From the IMG/VR virus record IMGVR_UViG_3300034018_003010: a stretch of DNA of 64,000 nucleotides, one strand, 5' to 3'. Shown here piece after piece: positions 32,917-41,396 of the stretch (positions are counted from its first letter, which is position 1; each line of letters starts with the position of its first letter). Source of the DNA: a virus. Made by a program: the position numbers and the translations under genes. Under the pieces are notes generated by a model. It had not been told where the DNA came from, did not search any database, and worked only from the letters and a program-made list of their open reading frames with translations.

Positions 32917-33499
32917 AGTAGAAAAATTTGGTTTCTTCTCAAATGAAGATCCAACCGATATGCTATTTCAGCATGAAATATGCTGGTCTAGAATATATGA
33001 ATACCCATTTGTATTAAATGAAATTAAAAATTCTGGTATAAAAGACCCTGTTATTCATAATTGTTCATGGGGATTTAGAGATATGCATGTTATATTCAAG
33101 ACGTGTTTGGACCTTGAATATAAAAAATCATATCATTCAGACATAACTCCTTCAACATTATACAATTGTTTTGTTTGGGATATAACAGAGACTCCTAGAG
33201 ATTCTTTGAAAAATCATTTTGATATTGTGTTAAACATTTCTACTTTGGAAGAAGTAAAGCACAACCATGTTGAAGTTTTAGAGAATCACTTGGAGCAAAT
33301 TGCTGATAACGGATTGTTTATCGGCACTTTTGATTATCCTGGGCTGCAATTAGATAAAATAGAAGATTATCTTGGTGTTAAAATAAAAGATTGTAAATCC
33401 AGACTGACTCCGAAGAACTCTAGGTTGCCAGACAAAGCTCTTAACCTTCCGCAAGACTTTTTTGTAGGATACTTGGTATTGAGAAAATGTTCACGCTAA
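32891..33499 (+). CDS. Class I SAM-dependent methyltransferase-like protein (ATG 32891 preferred)
   Basis: WSRIYEYPF, WDIT, FDIVLNISTLEEV...GLFIGTFD. Confidence 0.6.
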   Translation: MKKLSENFKVEKFGFFSNEDPTDMLFQHEICWSRIYEYPFVLNEIKNSGIKDPVIHNCSWGFRDMHVIFKTCLDLEYKKSYHSDITPSTLYNCFVWDITETPRDSLKNHFDIVLNISTLEEVKHNHVEVLENHLEQIADNGLFIGTFDYPGLQLDKIEDYLGVKIKDCKSRLTPKNSRLPDKALNLPQDFFVGYLVLRKCSR

Positions 33500-34551
33500 T
33501 TGCTGGCACAAGACCCGAAATAATTAAACTCGCTCCTTTATATTTTGCTCTTCAAAAGCAAAATGTTAATGTGTGCTGGATTCATTCTGGTCAACACGAT
33601 GCAGATACATATGATTTCTTCGGAATTAGACCGGATGAAAAAATTAATTTAAATAGAAAATCCAATAGCTTATCTGAGCTAACAAGCTTGCTAGTAGAAA
33701 AACTTAGCAATTTGCATTTGTTTAAACTATCAAATAATATTGTTGTTCATGGAGATACAACTACTGCATTTTGTTCTTCTTTAGCATCATATTACACCAA
33801 GAAAAAAGTTTTTCATGTTGAATCTGGACTAAGAACTCATAAAGACGAGCCTTTTCCTGAAGAAAAGAACAGGGAAATGATTGCCAGATTATCTAATCTA
33901 AATTTTGCACCAACAAATGAAGCAAAACAAAATTTAATAAATGAAGGCATTAAAGAAGACAAAATTGTTGTGACTGGAAACACAATTGTGGACGCAACTT
34001 TATATGCCAAGTCCAAAATAAAAACTAATACACAGGATGAAGTCAAAACCATTTTAGTTACCGCCCACAGAAGAGAAAACTGGGGTCAAGGTATGCAAAA
34101 TATTTGCAAGGCTTTGAATATTATTGGGGAAAGTTATAAAGATATTAAAATTATTTTCCCAGTACACCCTAATCCAGAATTAAAAAAAATTATAAAGAAA
34201 GAAATCATCTCTGAAAAAATTGAGCTTTGCAATCCATTCGATTATGGAAACATGATTGAAAAACTATGCAAATCATGGTTGGTTATTACTGATTCAGGCG
34301 GAATTCAAGAAGAATGTGTTACTCTGCAGAAGCCAGTATTAGTATTAAGAAACACAACAGAAAGACAGGAAGTTATAGACATGAAAGCAGGAATACTTGT
34401 TGGAACTGATGTAAACAATATTTGTTCAAGCTTTAACAATCTATATCATGATAAAAATCTTTACGATTCTATGCTTTTACCTTTGGAAAAAAATCCATAT
34501 GGAGATGGAACTGCAAGCCAAAAGATAGCGGAAATATTGTCTAAAGTTTAG
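33487..34551 (+). CDS. wecB: UDP-N-acetylglucosamine 2-epimerase (non-hydrolysing)
   Basis: GTRPEIIK, SGQH, VHGDT, HVESGLRT, PFPEE.NR, TGNTIVD, HRREN, TDSGGIQEE, PYGDG. Confidence 0.95.
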   Translation: MFTLIAGTRPEIIKLAPLYFALQKQNVNVCWIHSGQHDADTYDFFGIRPDEKINLNRKSNSLSELTSLLVEKLSNLHLFKLSNNIVVHGDTTTAFCSSLASYYTKKKVFHVESGLRTHKDEPFPEEKNREMIARLSNLNFAPTNEAKQNLINEGIKEDKIVVTGNTIVDATLYAKSKIKTNTQDEVKTILVTAHRRENWGQGMQNICKALNIIGESYKDIKIIFPVHPNPELKKIIKKEIISEKIELCNPFDYGNMIEKLCKSWLVITDSGGIQEECVTLQKPVLVLRNTTERQEVIDMKAGILVGTDVNNICSSFNNLYHDKNLYDSMLLPLEKNPYGDGTASQKIAEILSKV

Positions 34552-35246
34552 AATATCTTATCGCAAATTCTATTATCTTCTGTAGTCTTGTTTCTTGGAA
34601 TGATACTGGTTTCCATGTTTTTATCGAAAGCATAGATACCCATTTGAATTTGGGTAAAAATATCTGCCCTCATGTAGACATCAATGCTTTTGGTAATTCC
34701 AGTTTCTAATACGCTAGATAAAAGCTTTCTTGCCATGAAAGAGTCAATACTATAAGAATGCGCTCTGCAAAGTGTTCTTAATCCATAATATTGCAGATGT
34801 GGAGGTATAGGACCAAATTTAAAACCATTTTTAACTTGTTCTATACTTCCCAAATAATTAATGCAATTGAAAGCTGCATGTGTATCAAACTTTTGAAGCA
34901 TAACAGCATCGTGTTCCAATATGACTATTGGCTTATCAATTTCAACACATCTTGCCCAAAGAGAAACATGTGTCAGAAAATTAGAAATCTCAGCTTTGTC
35001 TAAAGTTGGATTTGGACACTTGATCCATTTGAGCCAGTTTTCATTCTCTAGATGCTTTGGTGCTTTTATGTAATCGCCAAGACCATCAAATGCTTCCCAC
35101 ATCTTGTATGGCATTCCAACTTCTTTGCAGCTTTCTGCACATTGATTTGCCAATTTAACAGATGTTTCATTGTTTGGAAGGTAATTGATGTAAGCTGATT
35201 CAACATCAATTTTATATTTAAATTTAATTGATTCGCTTACATTCAT
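34548..35246 (-). CDS. GT25-like glycosyltransferase (start revised to ATG 35246)
   Basis: WEAFDG, FLTHVSLWARC, VILEHDA, AHSYSID; SD aggag and ATGA overlap with the upstream paralog. Confidence 0.8.
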   Translation of the reverse strand: MNVSESIKFKYKIDVESAYINYLPNNETSVKLANQCAESCKEVGMPYKMWEAFDGLGDYIKAPKHLENENWLKWIKCPNPTLDKAEISNFLTHVSLWARCVEIDKPIVILEHDAVMLQKFDTHAAFNCINYLGSIEQVKNGFKFGPIPPHLQYYGLRTLCRAHSYSIDSFMARKLLSSVLETGITKSIDVYMRADIFTQIQMGIYAFDKNMETSIIPRNKTTEDNRICDKIF

Positions 35247-35926
35247 TTTTTCTCCTTGCCAATTTCTGGAATAGTTGTTTCTCCAGCCTGATCGTATGCG
35301 TAGACTCCAAAGCAAAGCATGGCAAATTTATCAAATCTAATAAAACAGTCTGCAGAGGTGTGAATTCCTTTTTCGATCATATGAGTAACTAGATTTTTTG
35401 CCATAGCAGGGTCAATACTATAAGCATGTGTTCTTAACAAATGCCTATAATCTACATTAAGTTGTGCATGAGGTGGAATCATATTCCAATAATTTGAAGA
35501 ATATTGTTCTATGCATCCAAGATAAACGATTGCATTTATAGCACTATGATTTGTAAACTTTTGGACCATAATTGCATCATGTTCAAGGATTGCAATTGGT
35601 CTATCAAGTTCAATGCATTTGCACCACAAACTAAAATGGGAAAGTAGGCAGCATATTTCTGGCTTGGTCAACTTATGATTTATCAATCGAAGCCACTTAA
35701 GCCATGTTGCATTTTGAGAATGTTCAGGTACTTTTATGCCTTCTATTGTTTTGTCGGTTCCATCAAAAGCATCCCAAATTACAGCCTTTTGACCCACTTG
35801 CTTGCAAGATTGAAGACAGCGTTGTCCCATGCTTTCTGAAGCAGCATGACCTTTAATTGTAATAATGTAAGTATTTTCTACTTCTGTATTCCATTTAGAA
35901 TGAAGTGTTTCGTTTAAAATCTGCAT
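35243..35926 (-). CDS. GT25-like glycosyltransferase, tandem paralog
   Basis: YIIT, WDAFDG, CLLSHFSLWCKC, ILEHDA, THAYSID. Confidence 0.8.
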   Translation of the reverse strand: MQILNETLHSKWNTEVENTYIITIKGHAASESMGQRCLQSCKQVGQKAVIWDAFDGTDKTIEGIKVPEHSQNATWLKWLRLINHKLTKPEICCLLSHFSLWCKCIELDRPIAILEHDAIMVQKFTNHSAINAIVYLGCIEQYSSNYWNMIPPHAQLNVDYRHLLRTHAYSIDPAMAKNLVTHMIEKGIHTSADCFIRFDKFAMLCFGVYAYDQAGETTIPEIGKEKK

Positions 35927-35927
35927 G

Positions 35928-36722
35928 TTAAACCTTTATATTAAATTCATCATACATTGATGCTAAATAAGGTCCAAGAACATCTTTTGGATTAGCACTT
36001 TCTTTTTTTAATGCAGGTCTGATTTTATGCAAATTATCCAGACCCCAAGCCGAATCTTTGTCTTCAGAGCATTTGTTTGCAATATTACCAAAATCATGAC
36101 CAGAATAATCTTCTATTTCTAAAAACTTATAAATATTTTTCAATACCTCTATAGGATTTTTTATTAATTCATCATATTCAACCAAAAACATATTGCTTTT
36201 GTTTTTTTCAAGTCCATGTTTTACACTTTGGTAAGGATCGGAAATATATGCTTTCCATAGCTTTTCCGCCCTGTTTGAAACATTTATCTTTTTATTTTCT
36301 TTTATAAGATCTGCATCTACAAAATTACTTTTACCTTGATTTTTTTCTATCAATGTAATATAAGATGTAATTATTTCAGATATTGGTCTTATTGTACAAA
36401 TTACTTTAGGTTCTTTTCCAGTAAACATTCTTAAAGGAAGTATGTTTCTTGGATGTCCTCTATGCTTATCAAGAACATACTTTGTTGCAACATGATTATA
36501 AAAATTTTCTACTATTGATTTGTAAACATTGTGTGATATAACATTTTTTTCATAAGTATATGTTACATCAAGTTTTGCAAATGCTTCATCTGTATAGCAA
36601 AGAAGATCAAGAAAAGGACTTGTTGGAGTAACTGTAAAATCTGGTCTTTGTCCTATTAAGGACCCCAATAATGTGCTTCCACTTCTTGGAAGACCAGATA
36701 AATAGAAAATTGTTTTATTCAT
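35928..36722 (-). CDS. Sulfotransferase
   Basis: PAPS-binding loop GLPRSGSTLL; R...EIITSY; VEYDELIKNP..VL..IYKFL. Confidence 0.88.
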   Translation of the reverse strand: MNKTIFYLSGLPRSGSTLLGSLIGQRPDFTVTPTSPFLDLLCYTDEAFAKLDVTYTYEKNVISHNVYKSIVENFYNHVATKYVLDKHRGHPRNILPLRMFTGKEPKVICTIRPISEIITSYITLIEKNQGKSNFVDADLIKENKKINVSNRAEKLWKAYISDPYQSVKHGLEKNKSNMFLVEYDELIKNPIEVLKNIYKFLEIEDYSGHDFGNIANKCSEDKDSAWGLDNLHKIRPALKKESANPKDVLGPYLASMYDEFNIKV

Positions 36723-37080
36723 CTTTACTTTCTTGTTCTTTTGCCAACATGCTCAAATATTGCAATTCAGCGGTTGGTCCAATCTTCTTATTAACAGAAA
36801 TATAAATATCAGCTTTTTTAAATTCTTTAATGTTTAAATAAAGTCTAATTAAAAAAGTTCTAATATCGTATGATAGTTTTGTGTTGTTGGAAGAAGCCAA
36901 GGCTTTTTCTGCAAATTTAATGGCGATTGCATCAGCACAAACTTCTGAATAGGCATTTGCCAATTCAAAATATTGTTCAGTTCTATTTGATATATTTGCA
37001 AATTCATCTAAAATATCAAGAGCTAATTGATTCTTTTTAAGCTCTGTCAACCTTTTTGTAATTGCTACAATCTCACTCAT
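36715..37080 (-). CDS. Small TPR-like helical protein
   Basis: ELANAY...AIKFAEKAL; resembles the N-termini of the two adjacent TPR-GT genes. Confidence 0.65.
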   Translation of the reverse strand: MSEIVAITKRLTELKKNQLALDILDEFANISNRTEQYFELANAYSEVCADAIAIKFAEKALASSNNTKLSYDIRTFLIRLYLNIKEFKKADIYISVNKKIGPTAELQYLSMLAKEQESKDE

Positions 37081-38438
37081 AAGCCTAATTTCTCCTGTGC
37101 TAGAATTTTGACATCTTCCATAATATCACTCCAAATTCTTGGTGTCTTTTGTCTAACCAAATCCATGCTGTTTCCAAACCAAGGAGTTTTATTGGTTTTT
37201 GTATTAAAAATATAATAATCGGATATTTGAACAATTGTTATGCAGCTTTTGTCTAATGCACCTGCTGCAGGAGAAATAGATGTTGGGCATGTAATAATCA
37301 AATCCATGCTATTGATATATTCTGCTGTATCTACAAAGCTGTTCATTTGCTTGCTTAGGTCAATTATTTCTGGGAACTCCTTCAATTCATTCATTGAAGA
37401 ATCTTTTTGCAGACTATAAAAGTCAACATCCAAATCTTTTACAGCATTATAGAGATCTTTGAGTGGGAAGTTTCTATAGCGTGGATAGTCGTTTCCAGCC
37501 CATCTTATTCCAACCTTCTTCTTTGTGCCTGCCAACTGCTTTGTACCTGCAGTCATATATGGTCCTGTCCACAAGTCCTTTTCTTCTACTCCTAAAAGGA
37601 CTGGAAGATATTGTGAATAGGTCCAAGAATAATCTTTATAGACTTCCAAATCAAGATTTGTAATTACATCATATCCGCTGCTTCTAAACCATTCTGCGGC
37701 ACCTACTCTTCTATTCGCTGCTGCATTTTGATGCCAGTGTCCATACCACTTGACATCAATTCCTCTTTCTTTCAGGTTGTTTAAAAATCTAATATTAATT
37801 ATTTCATCTCCAAGACCAGCTTCGGCAAAAACAATCAGTTTTTTGCAATCACTTGTTCCTTGCCAAAATTCTAGCGGAAGTTCGCTTCTTGAATGATAAT
37901 AAACACCACCAGATTGTAAATTTCTTAATTTGTTACTTTCAAAAACAACTGATTTAATTCCATCAGAAAAGTTTCCTTCTCTCAGTTGATGAGCACCTAA
38001 ATAAGATCTCCTTTTCACAGAATCAATTTCACTTAGGTTTGAATCATCTACAGTATCAAGAAGTTCTTTTGCTTCATCTTTTTGATTATTTTCGTACATA
38101 CAGCCCGCTTTTTCAATTAGTATAGAATTAGATTTTGTTACCTCATAAACTTCATCAAGTAATTTAATTGCCTTTTCTGAGAAAGCAGTATTTCTATAAG
38201 CAGATGCAAGCATTATTTTTACTTGAAGTTTTAAATCGTCTGGAACTTCCATATCTAATAATTTTTGACCATAATAAACAGATTCATCATTTAATCCTCC
38301 TGAAATCAAAGTTTCAAACACATAGAAAATTTCTTGTGGCTCAGAAGAAGCATCTCCTATGGCTTTTAACATAGTTGATGCTAATTCGAATTTATTTAAA
38401 GAAAATAAAGTTCTAGCAATGTTTCTTACATCAGTCAT
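37077..38438 (-). CDS. TPR plus GT9-like (GT-B, heptosyltransferase-related) protein
   Basis: TPR N-half; AEAGLGDEI...RF, VGIRWAG, FYSLQK, DTAEYI..MDLIIT, TPWF...RQ...W. Confidence 0.8.
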   Translation of the reverse strand: MTDVRNIARTLFSLNKFELASTMLKAIGDASSEPQEIFYVFETLISGGLNDESVYYGQKLLDMEVPDDLKLQVKIMLASAYRNTAFSEKAIKLLDEVYEVTKSNSILIEKAGCMYENNQKDEAKELLDTVDDSNLSEIDSVKRRSYLGAHQLREGNFSDGIKSVVFESNKLRNLQSGGVYYHSRSELPLEFWQGTSDCKKLIVFAEAGLGDEIINIRFLNNLKERGIDVKWYGHWHQNAAANRRVGAAEWFRSSGYDVITNLDLEVYKDYSWTYSQYLPVLLGVEEKDLWTGPYMTAGTKQLAGTKKKVGIRWAGNDYPRYRNFPLKDLYNAVKDLDVDFYSLQKDSSMNELKEFPEIIDLSKQMNSFVDTAEYINSMDLIITCPTSISPAAGALDKSCITIVQISDYYIFNTKTNKTPWFGNSMDLVRQKTPRIWSDIMEDVKILAQEKLGL

Positions 38439-39882
38439 TTAGATATCCCTCTTCCTTTAACTTCAATTTCAATTTGTTCATTGGCTCTGCCCAAGATCTA
38501 GGCTTTTCTTGTCTTAGCAAAGTTAGATTATCACCATACCAAGGAGATTTGTCTCCTGTATGACACCAAGGATAATAAGCGGAAATAGGAACCATCAAAT
38601 AAGCCTTCTTGCCTTGACTTCCCGCCATATGAAGAACGCTTGTACAAGATGTTATAATAAAATCTAAATTATTAATCAAAGCCATCGTATCTTCAAGCGT
38701 GTTTAGTTCGGAACTATGATCTATAATTCCTGGGAAGTCTTCTAACTCTTCTACTCCATCGCCTTTTTGCAAGCTGTGGAATTCTGCATCCATACCTCCT
38801 ACTGCTTCGTATAAAAGTTTTAATTTATAACTTCGATGTAGATCCTGCTCATAGTGAGGGGCTCCTCTCCATCGAACTCCTACTTTTAGCTTCTTGCCTT
38901 TCAATTCCCATTTCTTTACAAAATCTGGACATGCATTAAGATATGAGCCATACCACAAATCCTTGTATTCACAGTTTAAATATATTGGCAAGCGCATCGA
39001 GTATGTCCAATACTTGTCATCAAGATGCTCTACTTCCTTTAAATCTGTAATTACAGGAACATTATTTTTTACAAGAAGTTCTGTCAAGCCGGGTCTATCG
39101 TTTGTGCCCTTTTGACCTTCTTGGGTTGCTGTATACCAATAAGCATTTATTCCCATATCTTTTAAATGCTTCATAAACCTAACATTAATAATTTCGTCAC
39201 CAATGCCTGCTTCGGCATAGACAACCAAGTTTTTAATTCCTGGCTCTCCTTCCCAGAAATCAAGATTTAATTTTTTATTCCTTGAAAAAATACTTTCAAT
39301 TTTCCAGAAATTCATCTTTGCGCCTTCTAGCATAAAATGGCGCAAACCTTTTTGAAGCTTGTCTTGGTACAGATAATAAGTTCCCAAATTGAATTTTATT
39401 TTTACCTTTGTCTGCTCATCAAGTTCGGGAAAATCTACTAGAATCTTTTCTAGAATATCTTTTGCTTCCATCTTTCGATTTAAAAGATAATAGCAATATG
39501 CCTTCTCCATTTGAGTAGCAGCGTCATTTTTGGTTTTTTCTGCCATTAAAATGTATGGCAAAGCCTTTTCTGGGTAGTTATTTTGATTGTAAACATTGGT
39601 AAGGTTTTTTCTTATTATCGCCGCAAGTTCATTAGACTTGCAATCTGCCAAACATCTTTCAGACCAATGCATACATTTGTCAAATGACTTAACTCTGAAA
39701 TAACACTTGCTAAGATTTTCAAATTGGAAAAAATTAACAGCAGTTTTGGAGAAAGCGTCAAGACACTTTTCTGCCAATGCCTTTTCGCCAACCTTATCAA
39801 GAGCAACAATAAATGGCTCTAAATCTTGTATTCCAGGAGTATCATCTTCTGGCTTTTCAAATCCAACAAAATCTGTTTTCAT
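38431..39882 (-). CDS. TPR plus GT9-like protein, paralog
   Basis: AEAGIGDEI...RF, VGVRW.G.P...D..RS, DTMALINNLDFIITSCTSVLHMAG, SPWY. Confidence 0.82.
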   Translation of the reverse strand: MKTDFVGFEKPEDDTPGIQDLEPFIVALDKVGEKALAEKCLDAFSKTAVNFFQFENLSKCYFRVKSFDKCMHWSERCLADCKSNELAAIIRKNLTNVYNQNNYPEKALPYILMAEKTKNDAATQMEKAYCYYLLNRKMEAKDILEKILVDFPELDEQTKVKIKFNLGTYYLYQDKLQKGLRHFMLEGAKMNFWKIESIFSRNKKLNLDFWEGEPGIKNLVVYAEAGIGDEIINVRFMKHLKDMGINAYWYTATQEGQKGTNDRPGLTELLVKNNVPVITDLKEVEHLDDKYWTYSMRLPIYLNCEYKDLWYGSYLNACPDFVKKWELKGKKLKVGVRWRGAPHYEQDLHRSYKLKLLYEAVGGMDAEFHSLQKGDGVEELEDFPGIIDHSSELNTLEDTMALINNLDFIITSCTSVLHMAGSQGKKAYLMVPISAYYPWCHTGDKSPWYGDNLTLLRQEKPRSWAEPMNKLKLKLKEEGYLND

Positions 39883-39883
39883 T

Positions 39884-40429
39884 TTACTTGATTACCAGCA
39901 CTTTCATATTTGTTTTTAGAAGAACATTATTAAATCTTTCAGCCAGCTTAAGAATTTGATCAAGATCGGGCTGCTTATCACTTTCAAGATATTCAGGATT
40001 TATATTGTATCCAAAATCAATTATTTCTAAATCAATTCCCAAAATATCAGCCAAAGGTTCTACAACAAAAGAATTCGAATTTACAAGATCACAATACTTT
40101 TTACTAAATTGTTTAAAATTATCAACAGTTATTGGTCTCTTATGAGTATTATCTGAATACCATGCATTACTTCTATGATGTGTAGATGTAATGTTTATTA
40201 TTGAACCCATTTTGCATATTCTATAGAGTTCTTTAATACAAGTGTAAAAACCATCTCCCAAGTATTCTAGAACATTATTAGCATAAACTTCATCGACAGA
40301 ATCAGTGTCTAATGGGTATGCTTCTTGTTCAAGGTTCCAAACAATATTTGGGTTTAAAAAACTATATCTATCAAGTGTTGTAACTCCATCTTCAACTTTT
40401 TCTTTGCCAAAACCAATGTTTAGTTTCAT
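39884..40429 (-). CDS. SAM-dependent methyltransferase-like protein
   Basis: KLNIGFG, YPLDTDSVDEVYA..VLE, ELYRICK.G, THKR; SD aggag. Confidence 0.75.
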   Translation of the reverse strand: MKLNIGFGKEKVEDGVTTLDRYSFLNPNIVWNLEQEAYPLDTDSVDEVYANNVLEYLGDGFYTCIKELYRICKMGSIINITSTHHRSNAWYSDNTHKRPITVDNFKQFSKKYCDLVNSNSFVVEPLADILGIDLEIIDFGYNINPEYLESDKQPDLDQILKLAERFNNVLLKTNMKVLVIK

Positions 40430-40475
40430 GTCATACTCCTCTAATATATTATAAGGTAAGAATAGGGGAAAAAAA

Positions 40476-41372
40476 ATGAAAATTTGTGTTACCGGGGCAA
40501 GCGGATTTATTGGGTCTAATCTTTGTTATTACCTGAAGAATTTAGGGCACGAAGTTTATCCAATATGCAGTCATACTTGCAAAATTAGTGATGATTTTGG
40601 AGAAAATACAAGATTTATAGGAATGTTTGGATTTGACACCAACATTTTAAAACATGTTGATGGCATAATGCATTTGTCTGCAAATAATGATACTTTATCA
40701 AACCAGTCTAGCGAAATGCTTAGAGCAAACTTTTATGATTCAAAGAATCTTTTAAAATATTCAGTAAAATATCGTCACAAATTTTTTATTTACGCTAGCT
40801 CTACTGCTGTATATGGAAAAACATCAAATGTTATAACAGAAGATATAAAACCAAAAGCAAACACTATTTACAGCAAATCAAAGCTTAAATTTGATAAATT
40901 TATAGTAAAAACAAATCCTAGATTACGCTGGACAGGATTGAGACTCTGCAACATTTATGGTCCTAATGAAATTCAAAAGACAAGAAGAAGTAGTTACTTA
41001 AACCAAATATTAGATAATATGATAGCAAATAAAGATGTGTATCTTTTTGAAGATGGAACACAACAAAGAGACTGGTGCTATGTTGAAGATGTATGTTCTG
41101 CGTTTTTAAATGCAATTAATAATTCAAAAAATGGAATTTACAATATAGCTTCTGGACAAGCTGTGTCATTCATAGATCTTTTTAACGAATGTGCAAAAGT
41201 TACTGGCTATAAAAAATCTCCAATATTTATAGAAAATAAGTATAAAAACCAATATCAAAACAAAGTTATAGTTGATATATTAAATGCAAACAAATATTTG
41301 AGTTATGTGCCAAAATACAATATTACCGAAGGAATTAAAACCCTTTATGAATTGAAAATTAACAATATTTAA
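40476..41372 (+). CDS. NAD-dependent epimerase, closest by motif to ADP-L-glycero-D-manno-heptose 6-epimerase (HldD/RfaD-like)
   Basis: TGASGFIGSNL, FIYASSTAVYG, YSKSKLKFD, GLR..NIYGPNE..K, LF.DG.Q.RD..YVEDV. Confidence 0.8.
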   Translation: MKICVTGASGFIGSNLCYYLKNLGHEVYPICSHTCKISDDFGENTRFIGMFGFDTNILKHVDGIMHLSANNDTLSNQSSEMLRANFYDSKNLLKYSVKYRHKFFIYASSTAVYGKTSNVITEDIKPKANTIYSKSKLKFDKFIVKTNPRLRWTGLRLCNIYGPNEIQKTRRSSYLNQILDNMIANKDVYLFEDGTQQRDWCYVEDVCSAFLNAINNSKNGIYNIASGQAVSFIDLFNECAKVTGYKKSPIFIENKYKNQYQNKVIVDILNANKYLSYVPKYNITEGIKTLYELKINNI

Positions 41373-41396
41373 AAAGAAAATATCGTATATATTTCT

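Noticed and set aside
29748-41372. Ordinary bacterial LPS/capsule locus
   Set aside because: No wzx/wzy/wzm or priming transferase, mixed orientation, and embedded among phage fibre genes
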